The notes under the pieces: model-generated | Told to the model about the DNA's origin: nothing | Databases searched by the model: none | Seen by the model: the letters and a program-made list of their open reading frames with translations, nothing else | Shown: positions 29,366 through 43,600 of the stretch, in pieces | How positions within the stretch are numbered: the first letter of the stretch is position 1 | Layout of the letters: each line of letters starts with the position of its first letter | Made by a program: the position numbers and the translations under genes | Source: Mytilus trossulus | Taxonomy: Eukaryota | Length of the DNA stretch: 64,000 nucleotides | Reading direction: 5' to 3' | Assembly (NCBI RefSeq): GCF_036588685.1 | Contig: NC_086378.1 | Span: 88,908,001 to 88,972,000 of the forward strand

Positions 29366-29713
29366 ACTCGTGGTCTAGTGGTTAAGACCGATGGCTACAG
29401 TGCTGAAGGTCCCAAGTTTGATTCTATAGAATGGGTACTTTGGGGGCCTCGGTTGGTCAAATTTGCCCCCTACTTTGACCTGGAGATCAATCTTCTGATA
29501 TCTCTCTGGTTTGTCTGTTTCCACCGAGTGACCCAGTGGTTCTCTCCGAGTACTCCGCTTCCTCCACCATAATAACAGACTTCCTGGTGTCCTACACTCT
29601 TCCTTGGGCAGTGTTGGGTGGGGATTGTTCTGGTGGTGGTATAATATTGTAAAGGACACATCTCCATTAATCCTTAGGGAGTGTACATGGATCCGCTGTA
29701 CCCTTGCAGTCAA
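29366..29713 (+). mobile_element. tRNA-derived SINE
   Basis: A box (ggtctagtggttaag), degenerate B box (gtttgattc), central ggttctctccgagtactccgcttcctccacca segment shared with the other SINE copies. Confidence 0.7.
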
Positions 29714-29755
29714 TCAAGAGGTGCATCTAAATTGGCAGAATCTCAAGTACATACA

Positions 29756-29909
29756 CAGTCTGCACCAAAAACTTTTTCAACTACTAGTCCGAAGACGAAT
29801 ATTCTGACATTTTTCTTATTGGGCCAAACAAAGTTTTGCAAAAACTTACTAGTCTGAATGAAATTTTACTAGTCTGGGGCATCGGACTAGTGGCTAACCG
29901 TGCAGACTG
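29756..29909. mobile_element. 154-bp MITE, TIR CAGTCTGCAC, flanked by CATACA direct repeats
   Basis: Terminal inverted repeats, internal ACTAGT motifs, second copy at 46107-46250. Confidence 0.8.
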
Positions 29910-30069
29910 CATACATACATACTCAGGTTCCAGTGAAAGTTTTACGTAATAAAAATATACAATATATATGTATGTTGTCAGAAAATTTAAAATTAATTTG
30001 TATGAGCTTAAGAAACATGACGAAAAGCAAGGCTCCACGGAGCTTTTCTCCTGTTCAAAGGGATAAGAT

Positions 30070-30642
30070 TAGTTCGAGATTACTGACGTCCAACGGCTGT
30101 TTTGCCAGACAAGCTGGGACTATGCAAGCAATGTAAATATCCGAGAGCTTCTGATTGTTATTGTGGTTGGCACTAAATGCTTGATACCGATCTCTGCAAA
30201 AGAAGTGAAAAATCGTGGTTTGCTTGCTACTTAATATTAAATATCGATCTCCTTTAAAGGATGTGAAAAAAGTCTAAATATTTGCATATTTGAGTCTTGA
30301 GGTCGCAAAATATCTCGTAACTTGACATCCATTTGAAAATAATAGTAAAAATGTCTGAATTGATGGGTCAACATGGTCAATGTGGAAGCTGTCTAAATAT
30401 GAGAAAATAAACGGTGGCAGATAGGTGAAACTTACATTAATGAAGAGATAAATGAAAAATGAACAAATTTATACACGATTTATATCATTCTAAGGCTGTC
30501 CATTAGCACCAGAAGCGACAAAGCAGCACATCTATTTTGGATGAGCAAATATTAACTTTTTGATATGGGACAAGCTCTGTGGTCTCAGGGTCCCAGCTTG
30601 TCTTGCCAAACAGCAGTTTGATGTCAGAGTAATCTCGGACTA
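30070..30642. mobile_element. Academ (AcademH-like) non-autonomous transposon, TAG...CTA termini, 9-bp TSD GGATAAGAT
   Basis: About 51-bp imperfect TIRs; identical 9-mers at 30061-30069 and 30643-30651. Confidence 0.8.
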
Positions 30643-32019
30643 GGATAAGATAAAATAAGTAAAATGTGAATTTAACAATAATTCTAATTATATCAATCAC
30701 ACCACACATATGGACCATAATTTGGTATTCAGCCTTTGGTTTCTTTTTGTATCCTTTTTTATAAGTTCTAAAATTTTAACTTTTATTTTGTGGGTTAATG
30801 TGTTGGTGTTAGAATAGTATGAATGGAACAATTGAATTTTTCAAGAAAAAATTAATACATTTTGATTCACCTTTTACGTGACAGGAAACCAATCTTTATT
30901 TTCTTTATTTTGCACAATATAATTCAAAAGGCATAAATAAACACCATTACTAGTGTTACTTGCTTCTTGTTAATATTTAAAATCTATTTTCAATGTTATA
31001 TTAAAGTTTTTTTTAAACCTGACAGGAAACCATAAGAAACTGAAAGCATTTTTTTAGTTTTATTTTATTGCAAAATCTGCTTAAAATAATCTGAACAGTA
31101 TACTTTTCTTAAAATCCATCTTAAATGTAACAGTATTATAAAACTCCTAAATATGTGCTTGTTTTGAAAACAATTAGTACAATTTATTCAGAATTGTCCA
31201 TATTTTATTCATTGATACAGGATACCATGATCGTTGTACCTTGATGTTTTGGCCAAAAAAATATATTTATATTTGGTTTTGAAATTCCAGTTATATAAAA
31301 TTTATTCCAAATCATTGGCAATGTAAAATTCTTTAAATCCAGTAAAGAAAAAAACTTTTAACTTGGAATTAAAATCTTTAAAATAGGCACCATGTGATAT
31401 TTGTGACCTGTACACCATCTACATGGTTTCCACATTTTAACCTACTTTAGTGGGCTAAAATCAATAAAGTACTTCCTTTCAAGTCATGCCTGGTAAAAGT
31501 TTACTTTTCCTTTGACAAGTTTATTGCGTTTCTGAAAAGTGTTTGCAGAACATGAATAAAAAAAAAAAAAAAAAAAAAAATTGTGACAAAGTTACCAACT
31601 TTGTACATTCCAAGTGTAACGGTATATTAACATGCATTTTTCATTTAATTATCTTTATTCACCTAAAATATCCAGTAATATTTACTGCTGAAGCAAAATC
31701 AATCCAACGAACATCGGCACCATGATAAGAGATGTAATTTCGATTGAATTTTCCAAGGACCCTTTACATCGTTATTGGGAAACGTAGTGTGTTTAAACGT
31801 CTGTCAAATCTGAAATCGATTTTGTCAAGTCATTGGGCATTTATTTTCACACAAGATCGTATGTAACATTAATGCACATAGGAAAAATAATAGACCCCCG
31901 GCGCAATCTCTTTGAAAATTGTATTTTCCTTTTTTAAACAAGTCGAAACAAGTCTACAGATTATGTTTGCTAACATCCCGTTGGAAACAAAAACAATGTT
32001 TGGAACTAGTATATCGTAT

Positions 32020-32080
32020 GTCCGGCTGTAAGGGCGTGATCACATGTTAGTCACATGTTTCACGTATGACCGGAAATGAT
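32020..32080 (+). promoter_or_regulatory. Candidate promoter motif cluster, possibly for the TOX-like gene
   Basis: GGGCGTG, two TCACATG E-boxes, TCACGT and CCGGAAA within 60 bp, inside a CpG-retaining region (about 31.7-32.5 kb). Confidence 0.4.
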
Positions 32081-33029
32081 TAGAACTTAAGGACAAAAAC
32101 AATTTTAATAAATAACTGGACTTCTGTTTCGTGTGAAATGTAACGCATAACGATAACGTCATTTTCTTACTTAATTATTACGAAGATCAAAACAAGAATG
32201 TAAATCATCTCTGATTTACCTGTTTGAACATCTCTCCAGAGTTCATATTTGCATATATTGTTTTTAAGAATTCTATTACAACAAAGCAGATTACATCATC
32301 TAAAATTTGCGTTACGAAATCGGACACAAAAGTCACGCCACTGTTCTTACATCTGCTACATAAATACTTATAGTTCTCTGCATTTTCTTCTGACTATTCT
32401 TATTGGTCGATGTTCTTTGTTATTTGAAAGCAAAAATTACGAATTTGCCGGTGACGATTATCTACAAATCAGTCAGCGTTATGCTCTTCGGAAGCAAAAA
32501 GTAACGCGACAAACGACACAAAAATACGGTTGTAGAATCTTTGAAATATGTATATTTCAATTTTTTTTCTAGGGAAGAGTAGCATACACTTGTATGTTGA
32601 TAAAAATAATGGTATCTTTAGATGTAGTTACAACTTTTCTTACAGTAATTCACAATTTTATCACTTTTCTATAGTTATAGGAAACGAACCCAATAGCAAA
32701 TTATGGTCCATATACAAATATTAAATCTTGCTTCATTAGTCATATTTAAAAAAAGAGGGAACTATTTAGTTAATTCTGGAAAACAATTGTTCTCTAGGGA
32801 AAATAATGAATTTTCTATTTTCTGACAATGTACATATATTGTGTTTATTCTGAAATTACTCCCAACACTTGAAAATTTAGATATTAAATCAAATCATCAT
32901 GTATACACTTTATCGCTATATGGAAATCTGCACCAGTTAACCTGTGTTTGCTTGAACATGTTGAACTTTAATATAATATCTATAACACATGTTTTGTTTC
33001 TGCTCTCTAACAGTACTATAGATTCCCTC

Positions 33030-33500
33030 AACACAATGCTCATTTCCCAGAAGCTGAACACAGATCAAGTTTGAATTTTGGTGGCGTCACTTTTCCTGTT
33101 CTAAGAGTTATGCCCCTCTACAAATGGAAAAATTGTGGATTTTTTTTTATGTTCTCTTTCATGTCTTACTTTAGTTTGGCTCCACCAAACATTATGCAAC
33201 TTATACACAATGCTTTTTACTAAAAAAAAACCAGATCAAGTTCAAATTTTGGTGGCTTTACTTTTACTGTTTTAGAGTAATGCCTTTTACAAATGGAAAA
33301 AGATGACTTACATTCCTGTTCTCTAACTTTAGTTTGCCTGTACTAAATGTTTTCAAACATATACACAATGCTTATTAATACCACAAAACTCAGGTTAAGT
33401 ACAAATTTGGGTAGAATCACTTTTACAGTTCTTGAATTACATGTATGTCACTATAATGATATGCAAGCAAGGGTCCCATGGACACAATCTCCATTTATTT
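33030..33500 (+). repeat. Degenerate tandem subunits (about 160-175 bp) of a HINE-like remnant
   Basis: acacaatgct...cagatcaagt...aattttggtggc recurs three times. Confidence 0.55.
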
Positions 33501-36024
33501 CTTCACACCTTCATATGTTGAGCTGATTTTAAGTATGTGAGTCTTCTAAGAGGGGTTGCTGGGAAAATGAAAACAAAGCAAATATGTCACTCAGCCTCAT
33601 TAGAGCTCTCACAATTACAATTCTTGCCAGAATTTTATAAAACTTAAACTAAAGGTTGATATCATGCAGCAATATTTCCTACAAGTTCTATATTGGTGGA
33701 GATCAACTTTTGAAAAATAGAGTTATTTCCCTTAGAAATATTAAGTTTATGGAATATTGCCTTGTTAATTAAATAAAGAATTTATTATTATTAAGGCTCT
33801 CACAGGTACATTTTTTCTTGTCAGATTTTTTGCTATGATGGGGAGATTAGAACTCTTTTACTATCATGACTATGATGTGTAAATAAAAGAACAAAACATT
33901 TGCAAAAGCAGATTTACAGATCTAACATTGTTGGGTTGATGTTGAGACGAGTTGTATATATATCATGTATGTTAATTTTATACATATATATATGTAAGAG
34001 CTAGGCTCAATTTTATGTTCCTTTGACTTTAAATTACAGTTTGTTTTTTTTTTGGTTTTTGGTGGTTTTTTTTGGGGGGGGTCATTTGAATTTTCAATTC
34101 AGTTTTATTTTAAAGATGTAGGGCATACCTTAAATTTTTTCATGTATTTGTATTTCTAATCTGGTATTGATATTAAAGGTAAAAATTTTGAGAATCTGTA
34201 ACATGTTGACCTTATGAGTACATGTACCAAAATTTATCTTTATATGAATTTGAAGCTATACTTCACTTTTTGTGGTCTTTTGAAAAATGTTGTTTGTGCT
34301 GTATTATAAGACCCCTCTACCAAGATTTTTCTTTTTTGCATGCATACATATAAAAATTGTTGTGTTTATCAAACCCATCATAGGTTTGAAAGTTGCTTGC
34401 AATTCAGAAAACATAATTATCAAAATTATCAACAAGACAAGATCCCACTACTAAGACTAGTCATGCTAGTAATGAATTAAGATCGTTGAATTTGTCAGTT
34501 GACTCATTATATCCCTTTAATGATGATGGACCTTATTTCTGAATATACATTGGATATTTTCTGCTGGCTAATTTATTTTGACCTATTAACTCACTGTTGA
34601 ACAAACAACAATCAAACCATTTTAGAGGTCATGGAAGTAAAATATGTTCAAATTGATTGAAGAAGTTTTGTTGTTCATGTACTATAAATCAAATACTAGC
34701 TTTACTGTCTTAGAAACATTTTAATTAGAAAAAGATCTTTATAATCTTAGTTTGTTGATAAGCATGATAAGTCTGGGGTTTTTGAGTGTGTCTGTACTTA
34801 ATAGGTTAAATAAGGAAAAGAACAACAAAAAAGGAATAAAAAAGGAGTATTATTATTGGTTTAAAAAAGAACAAAAAATGTAGTATTGGTTTAGAATATC
34901 TGCCTTTATAAACCTTAGATTTTGGATGAACATCCTGCAAGCAGGCAGTTGTGTAAGACCTATCTTACAGCTGTTCTTTTTACTATTTTTTTGTGATTCA
35001 CTGTTTTTCATTAATCACATTTAATTATAATGAAGATACTTTAATCAGACACCTGCGTTTCACCGGAGCATGAAGTACCTATTGTCCTAATTTGTCCTTG
35101 TAGAAAGAAACAAATATTAATTTGTTTTTTATTGTGTACTCTTTACAAATTAAGGTAAAAACAGCAATCAATAAATTTATTGAATACACACTGATGAGAT
35201 ATTGGATTAGGCTAAACAAATTGAATTATTAGTTTCATGTCTGTTGTATTGATTTAAGACTTTAATCTTTATTTATCGTGATGTTTTATGTCTAAGTATG
35301 TATGCCTTCAACCCCATATGGGTATATACCTGTGCATTATTGAATATTACTATTTATAAACCTACATTTTCTACCTGACTGACTTTTAAAATAGATTCAT
35401 TATTGAAGAGATGTTTTTACCATTCATCTGGTCTGTCGAAACAACCACAACCGAAAAACATTGGTGTCACACTTATTAAACTCTAGACTCCAATCTTTAT
35501 TCATGGTTCTCTCTGAGCACTCCTGCTTCCTCCATCAATAAAATCTGACTTCCACGATATAGCACAACAGTGTTAAAAGTGGTGTTAAACACCAATTGGT
35601 CAATATTAAGTTTTCTTCTCTTTTCCTAAATATTTTGTCGTGTCCAATTTTCTACATCTGTTTACATGACATTTTATGGTAATGGAGTGTCTGTCCGTCT
35701 GGCATCATTATGTTGGACAATAACTAAAAAAAATGCTTAAACTTTTTTGCTTGAAACTTTAGTAAATTGTTTATAAATCAATTGACATGAGCTCCCGTTA
35801 TATTTCTAAACATTTTATATTTTTAGTTTCTGAGCTATTGGCTTTTATTCATAAAGTGGAGTGATTTTCCATGTTTTCAGACAATATTTTTAAGAGCTTT
35901 GAACATTTTTCATGAAACTTTGGTGATTGGTTCATATCTAATTGTTACTTATTGCTCTTTCCCTTTATATTGGGACATAGCCTATGTGTTTTAGCTGACT
36001 TAAGGTAAGTTCATTCTCTTATGT

Positions 36025-37141
36025 CAGGGGCGGATTTAGGCGGGGGCGTGGCGGGCGTGCGCCCCCCCTAAAATTTGCAAAGCATGGGTTGACTTCAACA
36101 TATTTAAAGTATCAGAAGAGACCATTCAATCTTTTTTAACATTCAAAGTATATAAAACAGTCAGTTTAACAGAATCAACGTGATTACTAATCAACTGACC
36201 TACGCTTAGTTCTATAAATGATTTCAAAGGGAGAAGTCCAACGCGGAGCTGCATTTGATGACACATATAATAGGTTTTTAGCAGTTACACATGTAAAGTA
36301 AAAAAAAACTGTTACATTGTATTTGCGGTTTTTATAATCAATTTGTTTGATAATTGAAGTTCCAAAACACCCCTTACTCACTTTCACAATTTCATCATGA
36401 CACGGTCAAGAAAGCAGTCGGCAGGTAAAATTATTTTATAATATCCGTAATGAAAGATAGAAATACTGTTTCAAGCGAAAGGTTAGTTTATTAATTTGTA
36501 TCTCTGTGTCTATATTTACTTCTCATTTGCAACCTAAATATTTAGCCGAAATCTGTACCGTATTACTGTATGCTTGGGTCCCTAGAAAATAAACATAACT
36601 GCGTAAATGCATCTCATTTTGATTTTAGTTGTTTGTGGCGAACACAGTAAAGTCTGGCACGACCTCCGAAAAAAAAAATGTAAAAAACAGATATTATGAA
36701 AGGACAATTAAAAATCGCTGGTAAAAGTAGAAATTTTCGTTTGAAAAATATATTGGTCTTGTGAGTAGTTGTGATCTGTCTCGTTCACTATGCGTCTGTC
36801 TGTCCGCCCGTCTATCTGTTGATTGTTGTCAGGTGTGGATTAATATAAAAAAGAAGATGTGGTATGATTGCCAATGAGACAACTATCCACAAAAGACCAA
36901 AATGACACAAACATTAACAACTATAGGTCACTGTACGGCCTTCAAGGCGGTTTCAGCTTGAAACTTTAATTCCTCACTAATTTTAACGCACAATAGTTCG
37001 AGATATCAACATTGCACCCCTTTAGAAGAATATTTCAATAATTTTACTTTAAAAAAACCTCCAAATTTTTTTCGCCTCGCTCCGCTCGGCGAAAATAAAA
37101 ATTTGCGCCCCCCCTAACTTGAAATCCTGGATCCGCCCCTG
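36025..37141. mobile_element. Non-autonomous DNA transposon with hAT-like CAGGGGCGGAT TIRs and 5-bp TSD TATGT
   Basis: tatgt|CAGGGGCGGAT...ATCCGCCCCTG|tatgt; nested repeat fragment at 36845-36945. Confidence 0.85.
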
Positions 37142-40100
37142 TATGTGAAGCAATATCAAAATTATGACAATCAAATGCAAACATGTGTTCACGGGTCATT
37201 GAATTTTTAACAACAGCTTAAAATATTACTGTCATGTTTGATATCAGGCAATCACTAAAAGTGTATTGTTGAACCTTGCTTTAAACATGATAAAGGAATA
37301 TTTTTCTGATGGCCTGAGTTAACAATGTTAGGAAAATCCAATTTAATATTACATTCATTGGGAAATGGTCATTTTCCTCTTGTGTGTTTGTTCTGTAGTA
37401 TTAACGTGGTTTTATTGATGGGCATCATTAAAATCGTAGAATAACTGCACAGCACGCGGAGAAACTTCATCACAACTGACAATTTAATACAATAATACCA
37501 CATTGAATTATATAATTTTATCATTGTTTTGAAATTTTTGAACATCTCCCTAAAGGGAATTATAGCTTGTTGAAATATTGCCTAATAGTAGGGTTATTCG
37601 GTTTAATAGTCGGTGTTTATATAGCAGGAGGGAATTGAAATGAAAGAGATCAGTATTTAGGCCAAATTAGGAGTCTAATATAAACCTATAGCTCCTTGAT
37701 TACAGGGATATTTGTACTACATGTATTTAGATATCATAACATCCTTGGTTTCAAATCTTTAGGTTTTCACATTCCTGATGAAGGTTTATCAAAGAAAAGT
37801 TTTTGGATACACACACATTTTTAAAGTGTTCTAGTATTCTTATTACAACTTTTTTTCTTAAATAAGAAAAGTTATTTCATCAAATTTTATTTCATATAGA
37901 TTAATTCTGTGTTATATATAATGCCATGTGTTCATCCAAGTCATTGCACTATTTCCGTACAGTCCCTTTAATAGCTAAACTCCAAACTGCTATATGTACA
38001 TATCCAATGGACACATTCATGTAAATTGTGCCGTTTAAATTCATAGAAACAGGTCTTATTATTAATTTTTCAAAATTTTATGGAAATTAAACGAGCTTAT
38101 CTATTTTAGTCAATTTTAGGTGGGTAAAGAAAATAAATATAGTTACTCTGTTAATTATTTTTTTTATAAGAAAATTAAAACCACTTTTTGTTTTACATGT
38201 ATTTCTAATTTGAATAGATCCAGCATGACAGTAAAAGCCATAAAAACCATTTAAGTCTTAATGTCTTATTTTAATGTAAATTTGTGCAGATTATAAAATC
38301 ATTTATCCTTTTAAAAGATAAAACTCAAAAGAAGTTTTTTTTTTCTGCAGATGTGTTTATTGTTGTCTTTGAAATGCAGTATAATTTTATCATTGCATTT
38401 ATTTGACTGACAATGAATAGGTTAAATCTGTCTTTGTTGGAATTACTGTTTGATCTGTCAGGCACCAATTCTAATTATAGGTTGGTTATGCAAAATTTAT
38501 GTTAATAAATGCAGCTTGTTATTGCAATGCCAATCAACGAATTGTCCTTCCTGGCAACTAACTTATAATTTATGTCAATTTTTTTTTTACAAAAGTTCCA
38601 AAGACAAGTTTTATTTCTTTACATTTTGTGGAATTAAAATTGAGTGTTTGATTTCTATTTATTTGAATTGATAAAATTTTGAATTTTTAATTGGATATTT
38701 GCATATATAGATAAAATAAACCAACCTTTTTTTATTGATTTAAGAAGTTTTATGGTACACTTAATGTGTTCTTGCATCTTGCTACAAGATTGCAGTTATG
38801 ACATGTGTTAAAGGTTCAGATTATACAGGTTGTACTGTATAGGGTCACAGCAAACACATCCTGAGAATTCTGAAAGAATAGATTGTAGATCTTTAGGTAT
38901 TTGCATTCTTCTTGCACTGACATATTGTAAAATGTACTAAAAAAAAAACAAGAATATTTCACTTGAAATATATAGAGAACAAATCAGATCTTTTAAAAAC
39001 AATCAGAAAAGTACAAAAAAAACATAAAATTTATGAGTTTTATATCAGTTCCTGGTAAAGGGTTAACTAAGTATATAGAAACCTGTATTATTGATGTAAA
39101 TTATTTAACAGTTTTCATCCCAGACATTTCAATCATTGGTACATTAGGAGATAGATTTAAGTTAACTATAAAAATCTTTCTCCATTTCAGAATACATCAA
39201 TTTTCTGCAAATAATAAGTTATTATCTTCTTCAATGCATAGATAATCAGGTTATCATCTTTCACTGCCCATTTTTTTCTTCACTGAAATGTTTGCTGTTA
39301 ACTTTTAAGAGTTCAAGAGGGAAACCCCTTGGCAAATCATAACCACACACACACACCCACACAACCACACGTGCCTACTCATTTAGGGAGCAGATTTTAC
39401 ATAAAATGATAATCTGTAGGTAGGTTATATGAATTCAGTTGAAATATGGATTACAGAGGATTATGAAATAAGGCTGTATTTAATATGAGTTCTGTATGCA
39501 TTTTGAACTTGTTTTTTCTAGAATTTTCTAGGAAAAAATTATAAAAGTTGCATTTATCCTTCCAGAGAAACAATCAACTCTAAACTTAGGAAATACTAGA
39601 AAAAATATTACACTCCTCTAAATTTTATATCTTTGGTTCTGTCATTGGTGTCATAATTAAAGACCAATAAAAGTATTGGATTTTAGAACACTAACCATTT
39701 GTGAAATCTGTAGTTTATGATAACTTCAATTACAAAAATGTTTATTTCTTCATAACTTATATATACTCTGGTCACTCTAGTTTTGACATGTAATCTGTGA
39801 GGTCACTGATACATGTACATTAAAAACATGTAACACAACACATGTGATCTTAAAAAGGTCACTTTACACATAGTTTTTGCATGATAATGATGTTTATTTG
39901 ATAGATTACTCAGAATATTTTTTTTATGAATTCAAATAGCAAAGAAGTGACCTTTATTGGTCTTTAATTTCATAGAAATATGATAGAATTGTAATAAAAC
40001 TTTATCATATTGAGCCTTGGTTATGGATGTGTATTTTCAACAATGTTTAATGTAATTCAGAAGAAATGTAAGAATGTTTACTTTCTGAAGCATAAGGGCA

Positions 40101-40144
40101 TATATACTTGTATAACTGACTGATATGTTTCTTTTATTTTGTAG

Positions 40145-40204
40145 GTTGTGACCAAAACAAAAATTAAAGAATAAAATTGGATACACTTGAAATTTTGAAA
40201 ATGG
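40145..40204 (+). other. Candidate 5' exon of the TOX-like gene
   Basis: Strong acceptor (ttttattttgtag) and donor (ATGG|GTAAGG) 60 nt apart. Confidence 0.4.
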
Positions 40205-40452
40205 GTAAGGATTATATCATATATGGTTATTGAATATGAATTATAAAAGATGTGAGATTTTAAAAGTCACTTATCGAGATAGCAACAGAACAGTTTGTCT
40301 CCTTTGTAACTCCAAACAAGAAACATAAAAGCTGAACATGACATTTTCAATGTTTTTTTGTGACCAAGTAATAACTTAGCCTAAATAAAATCTGCCATTG
40401 AATTTTAACACTTTTGGATTACTTCTGAAAGAAAGTGTTCATTACCAGTAAA

Positions 40453-40652
40453 GAGGGGGCTGATGGGTTAATTTCGTTCTTCGTGATCGAGGATGTTTTC
40501 ATTTCGTGATCCGTGAAAGATGCCAATTTTTATCGTGATCTGTGATTTTGAGGAAATTAAGTCGTGATTTGGTAATGTTAATTTTTTGTGAATCGTGATT
40601 GATATTTTTTGTTTTCCGTGATCCGTGATGAGGACCCCCCATTAGGCCCCTC
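40453..40652. mobile_element. 200-bp MITE, GAGGGG...CCCCTC termini, 6-bp TSD AGTAAA
   Basis: AGTAAA at 40447-40452 and 40653-40658; internal reiterated CGTGA motifs. Confidence 0.8.
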
Positions 40653-43600
40653 AGTAAAGATTCACCATTTTCTTTGTTGAACAATATATGTATTCTGTAA
40701 CTCAAAATTTCTGGGTTGTGGTCTCTGTAGTTCCACACAAAAAATAAGCTTCAGCCTAATTTCAAGTTTAAAAAAAAATCTGAAGAAAAGGGGTTAGGGG
40801 AGGGGGGTCCAAACCAAGTTCCCTGCCCCCTTCCCATGTGGTCTACCAATGAGAATTTGATGTATGAATGAAGATAGGATGAGGTGTTTGGTTGTGTATA
40901 AGACAGCACTTATTTTTCTTTTTAGGTTTTAAAACATTCAGTTTATACAATTTTGTACTGTTAGTAAAAAATATCTGTTTCTTGAGGAGTTATATTGTTT
41001 GTATAATAAATGAAATGTTTCATAATCTGTATTCAGCAATGACAACAAATCACAATATTTTAGTTAAAGTGTTGGAATACTTTATAGTATAGCAGATGTT
41101 TTATAGGATGTTAAGTATTATCTTAGCCAAAATTTCTGTAGCTTAAGGAAAGAAGTTAAAAATTCAGAAACAAATTGTGTTGTTGAAAATTAACATGTAA
41201 CTGATTTTATTTGGAAGTGTTTATTTTAGCTTCAGGGGTATAGGGAACATACTATGATCTTTATTGGTTGTAAATTTCATAAAAATTGAAACATATCATT
41301 CAACAACAAACAACATGAAATTATTAAGATGATCAGAAGTATTTGATAAAACATTTCCTGACATTTTTGTACTTTTATACCACAGTGGTACTTATAAACT
41401 AATTAAGATGAGATGATGTGCTGTAATAGAGACATGTAAGGTAGGAAGGGGAAGAATAAGAATATTTATTATTCAATCAAGGGCCCTTGATGGGCAGCAT
41501 AACATGTACACATAAAACAATGCATCATGATTTATAACAGAAAAACATTTTTAAATACTAAAATGAAACATTAAAAAAAGTTCAGACAGATGTTTTTATC
41601 TTCATTCTATAAAAATCATATACATTTTATTCCAGGCAGGATCAGAACCATAAAATCATTACAATTATCGTTGTTATACATGATGATCATTCATGAAGCA
41701 ACTTATACAGCCAAACATATGAAGACTTTCACAGAAACTGATAGTTTGTGGCCTTTTTCCCATAATTTATTTCAAATGGTCAGAGCATTTAGACACTTCA
41801 TTTTCAAATAAACCTTACATGTTTGTCGGAACAAATACAAAGGTGTATTAAATCTTTAAAACAAGAATGGTAAATATGACTTTTAAAATATTGGGGAAAG
41901 TAATTAGAGCTGAATATCAAGAAAAAAATGTTGAAATTAAATTTTAATGATTGCAAAAGTGAAAAAAAATTGCATAATTTCCTTATTGGAGAGGTTGTCA
42001 TGTTAAAATTGTATAGTCATTTTACCAATGTTAGTACATCATAACAGTACAAATGTTATTGAAGGTGCAAAGTATTTGAGTATTTCTAAGTGATAATAAT
42101 TGATCCATGTGTTATTATCATTGGAAGTTGTGTATTGCCTTTAGGCATAGATTTGTAATCATGTCATCGGCAGTTGCGTAATTACAATAATTGTATAATA
42201 CGATAATAAAGAGGGACAAATGGCTTTGAACTGTAGGTGATCCCCGGGGTAATGGTGGATAATTGATGTTTTATATGCTACTAAAATGTACTTATATAAG
42301 TTGAAATAGTTTCTAAAGTACCGGTACATATTTTTACCAAGTTTCTTTTTTGTTTCAAACATTTCCAATCATAATTTCAATTATAGAACAGTGGATCATG
42401 TATCATAGATTTTATCTCTATACTAGAACTGATACCAATAATTAATTGATGCCCTCATGGACAGTCTTTCAAGCTATGCAAGATTAAGGTCCACTTTTTT
42501 GTTGAAGATGTGTACTTTTAGAAGTTTGGACTGTGTATATTGATATCACTAGAATCAAAAATGTATAAACCATAGGATACTGGTGATTTTTTCATTTTTG
42601 TAGATATAAATTTTCATGGAGTAAGGAAAAAAATGTATTTTTGTGAACTTTTGAAAAGTTTGCATACAAGTTAAAGTTACATATTAAAAATACACTATTT
42701 TCATAATACCGACTTTTGAATTTGGATCATATAATTTTTCAACAGGTAACCTATTCTGTTGAAGACTGTTCTCACTGCCTGATACTCAGGTCAGAAAAAG
42801 TAACCCCTAAAAAGTAAAATTTAACATATCATCAGTACAATTTAGTGCAACAGTTTGCTGTTTTTTTATGATTTTTTTTTGTCTATAGAAAACAAGAAAC
42901 AGTAAACCTCTTCCCCAAAGTTATACTGATTCACAGATTGTAAGCTTGATTATACTTCTTTTAGTTGCTCTTTCTTGTCCAGGTACCAGGATGTCCTACC
43001 ATATAATATGTCATATAAGATTACCTGTTGAAAAATGTGAACTCTTGAGTCAAAAGTAGGTTATAAGAAAATAATCATTTTGTACTTAGTTGGACAAATA
43101 AAATTGTGTTTTACCTATATCCAGGAAATTCATGAAAATTGGTATCCTACAAATAATCATTTATTACATATATATATTATGTGAATTGTTGAAACTAATT
43201 TCCAGTTAAATTTGCGAAAGAGAACATTAGTTTTGTGCAATTAGCTCTTCCTACAGTTTATAAGTTCACAGTGCTAGTGCACATATATTGAAATTATGGA
43301 CCTATTTGTTATGAAAGTGTTTACGGATATATTTTATCATATTTCTAGACATAGGGAACTTAATCTTTTTTCGTTCAAATTTATGAAGTATAAAAAGTTT
43401 GTGTATTCGATGTATTACGCTTGCTATAATAAAAAAAGTCAAGTTCTCCCATTTAGTTACAAACTATATTTGATATGTTGTAACGGAATGCCATAATCCT
43501 GTAGATTGTGTTGGCTTAAGATAATCAGCGTCATCTGTTTTGATATTCTTGTTTTTATATGCAGAGTATTTAAAGGTACCTTAAAACTTGTTGTTGGCCT

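Noticed and set aside
29366-29430. tRNA gene
   Set aside because: The B box is degenerate, no acceptor stem closes, and the sequence runs straight into a SINE body
42746-42789. Possible TOX exon linking 40204 to 54462
   Set aside because: In the frame set by ATG G it hits TGA after five codons
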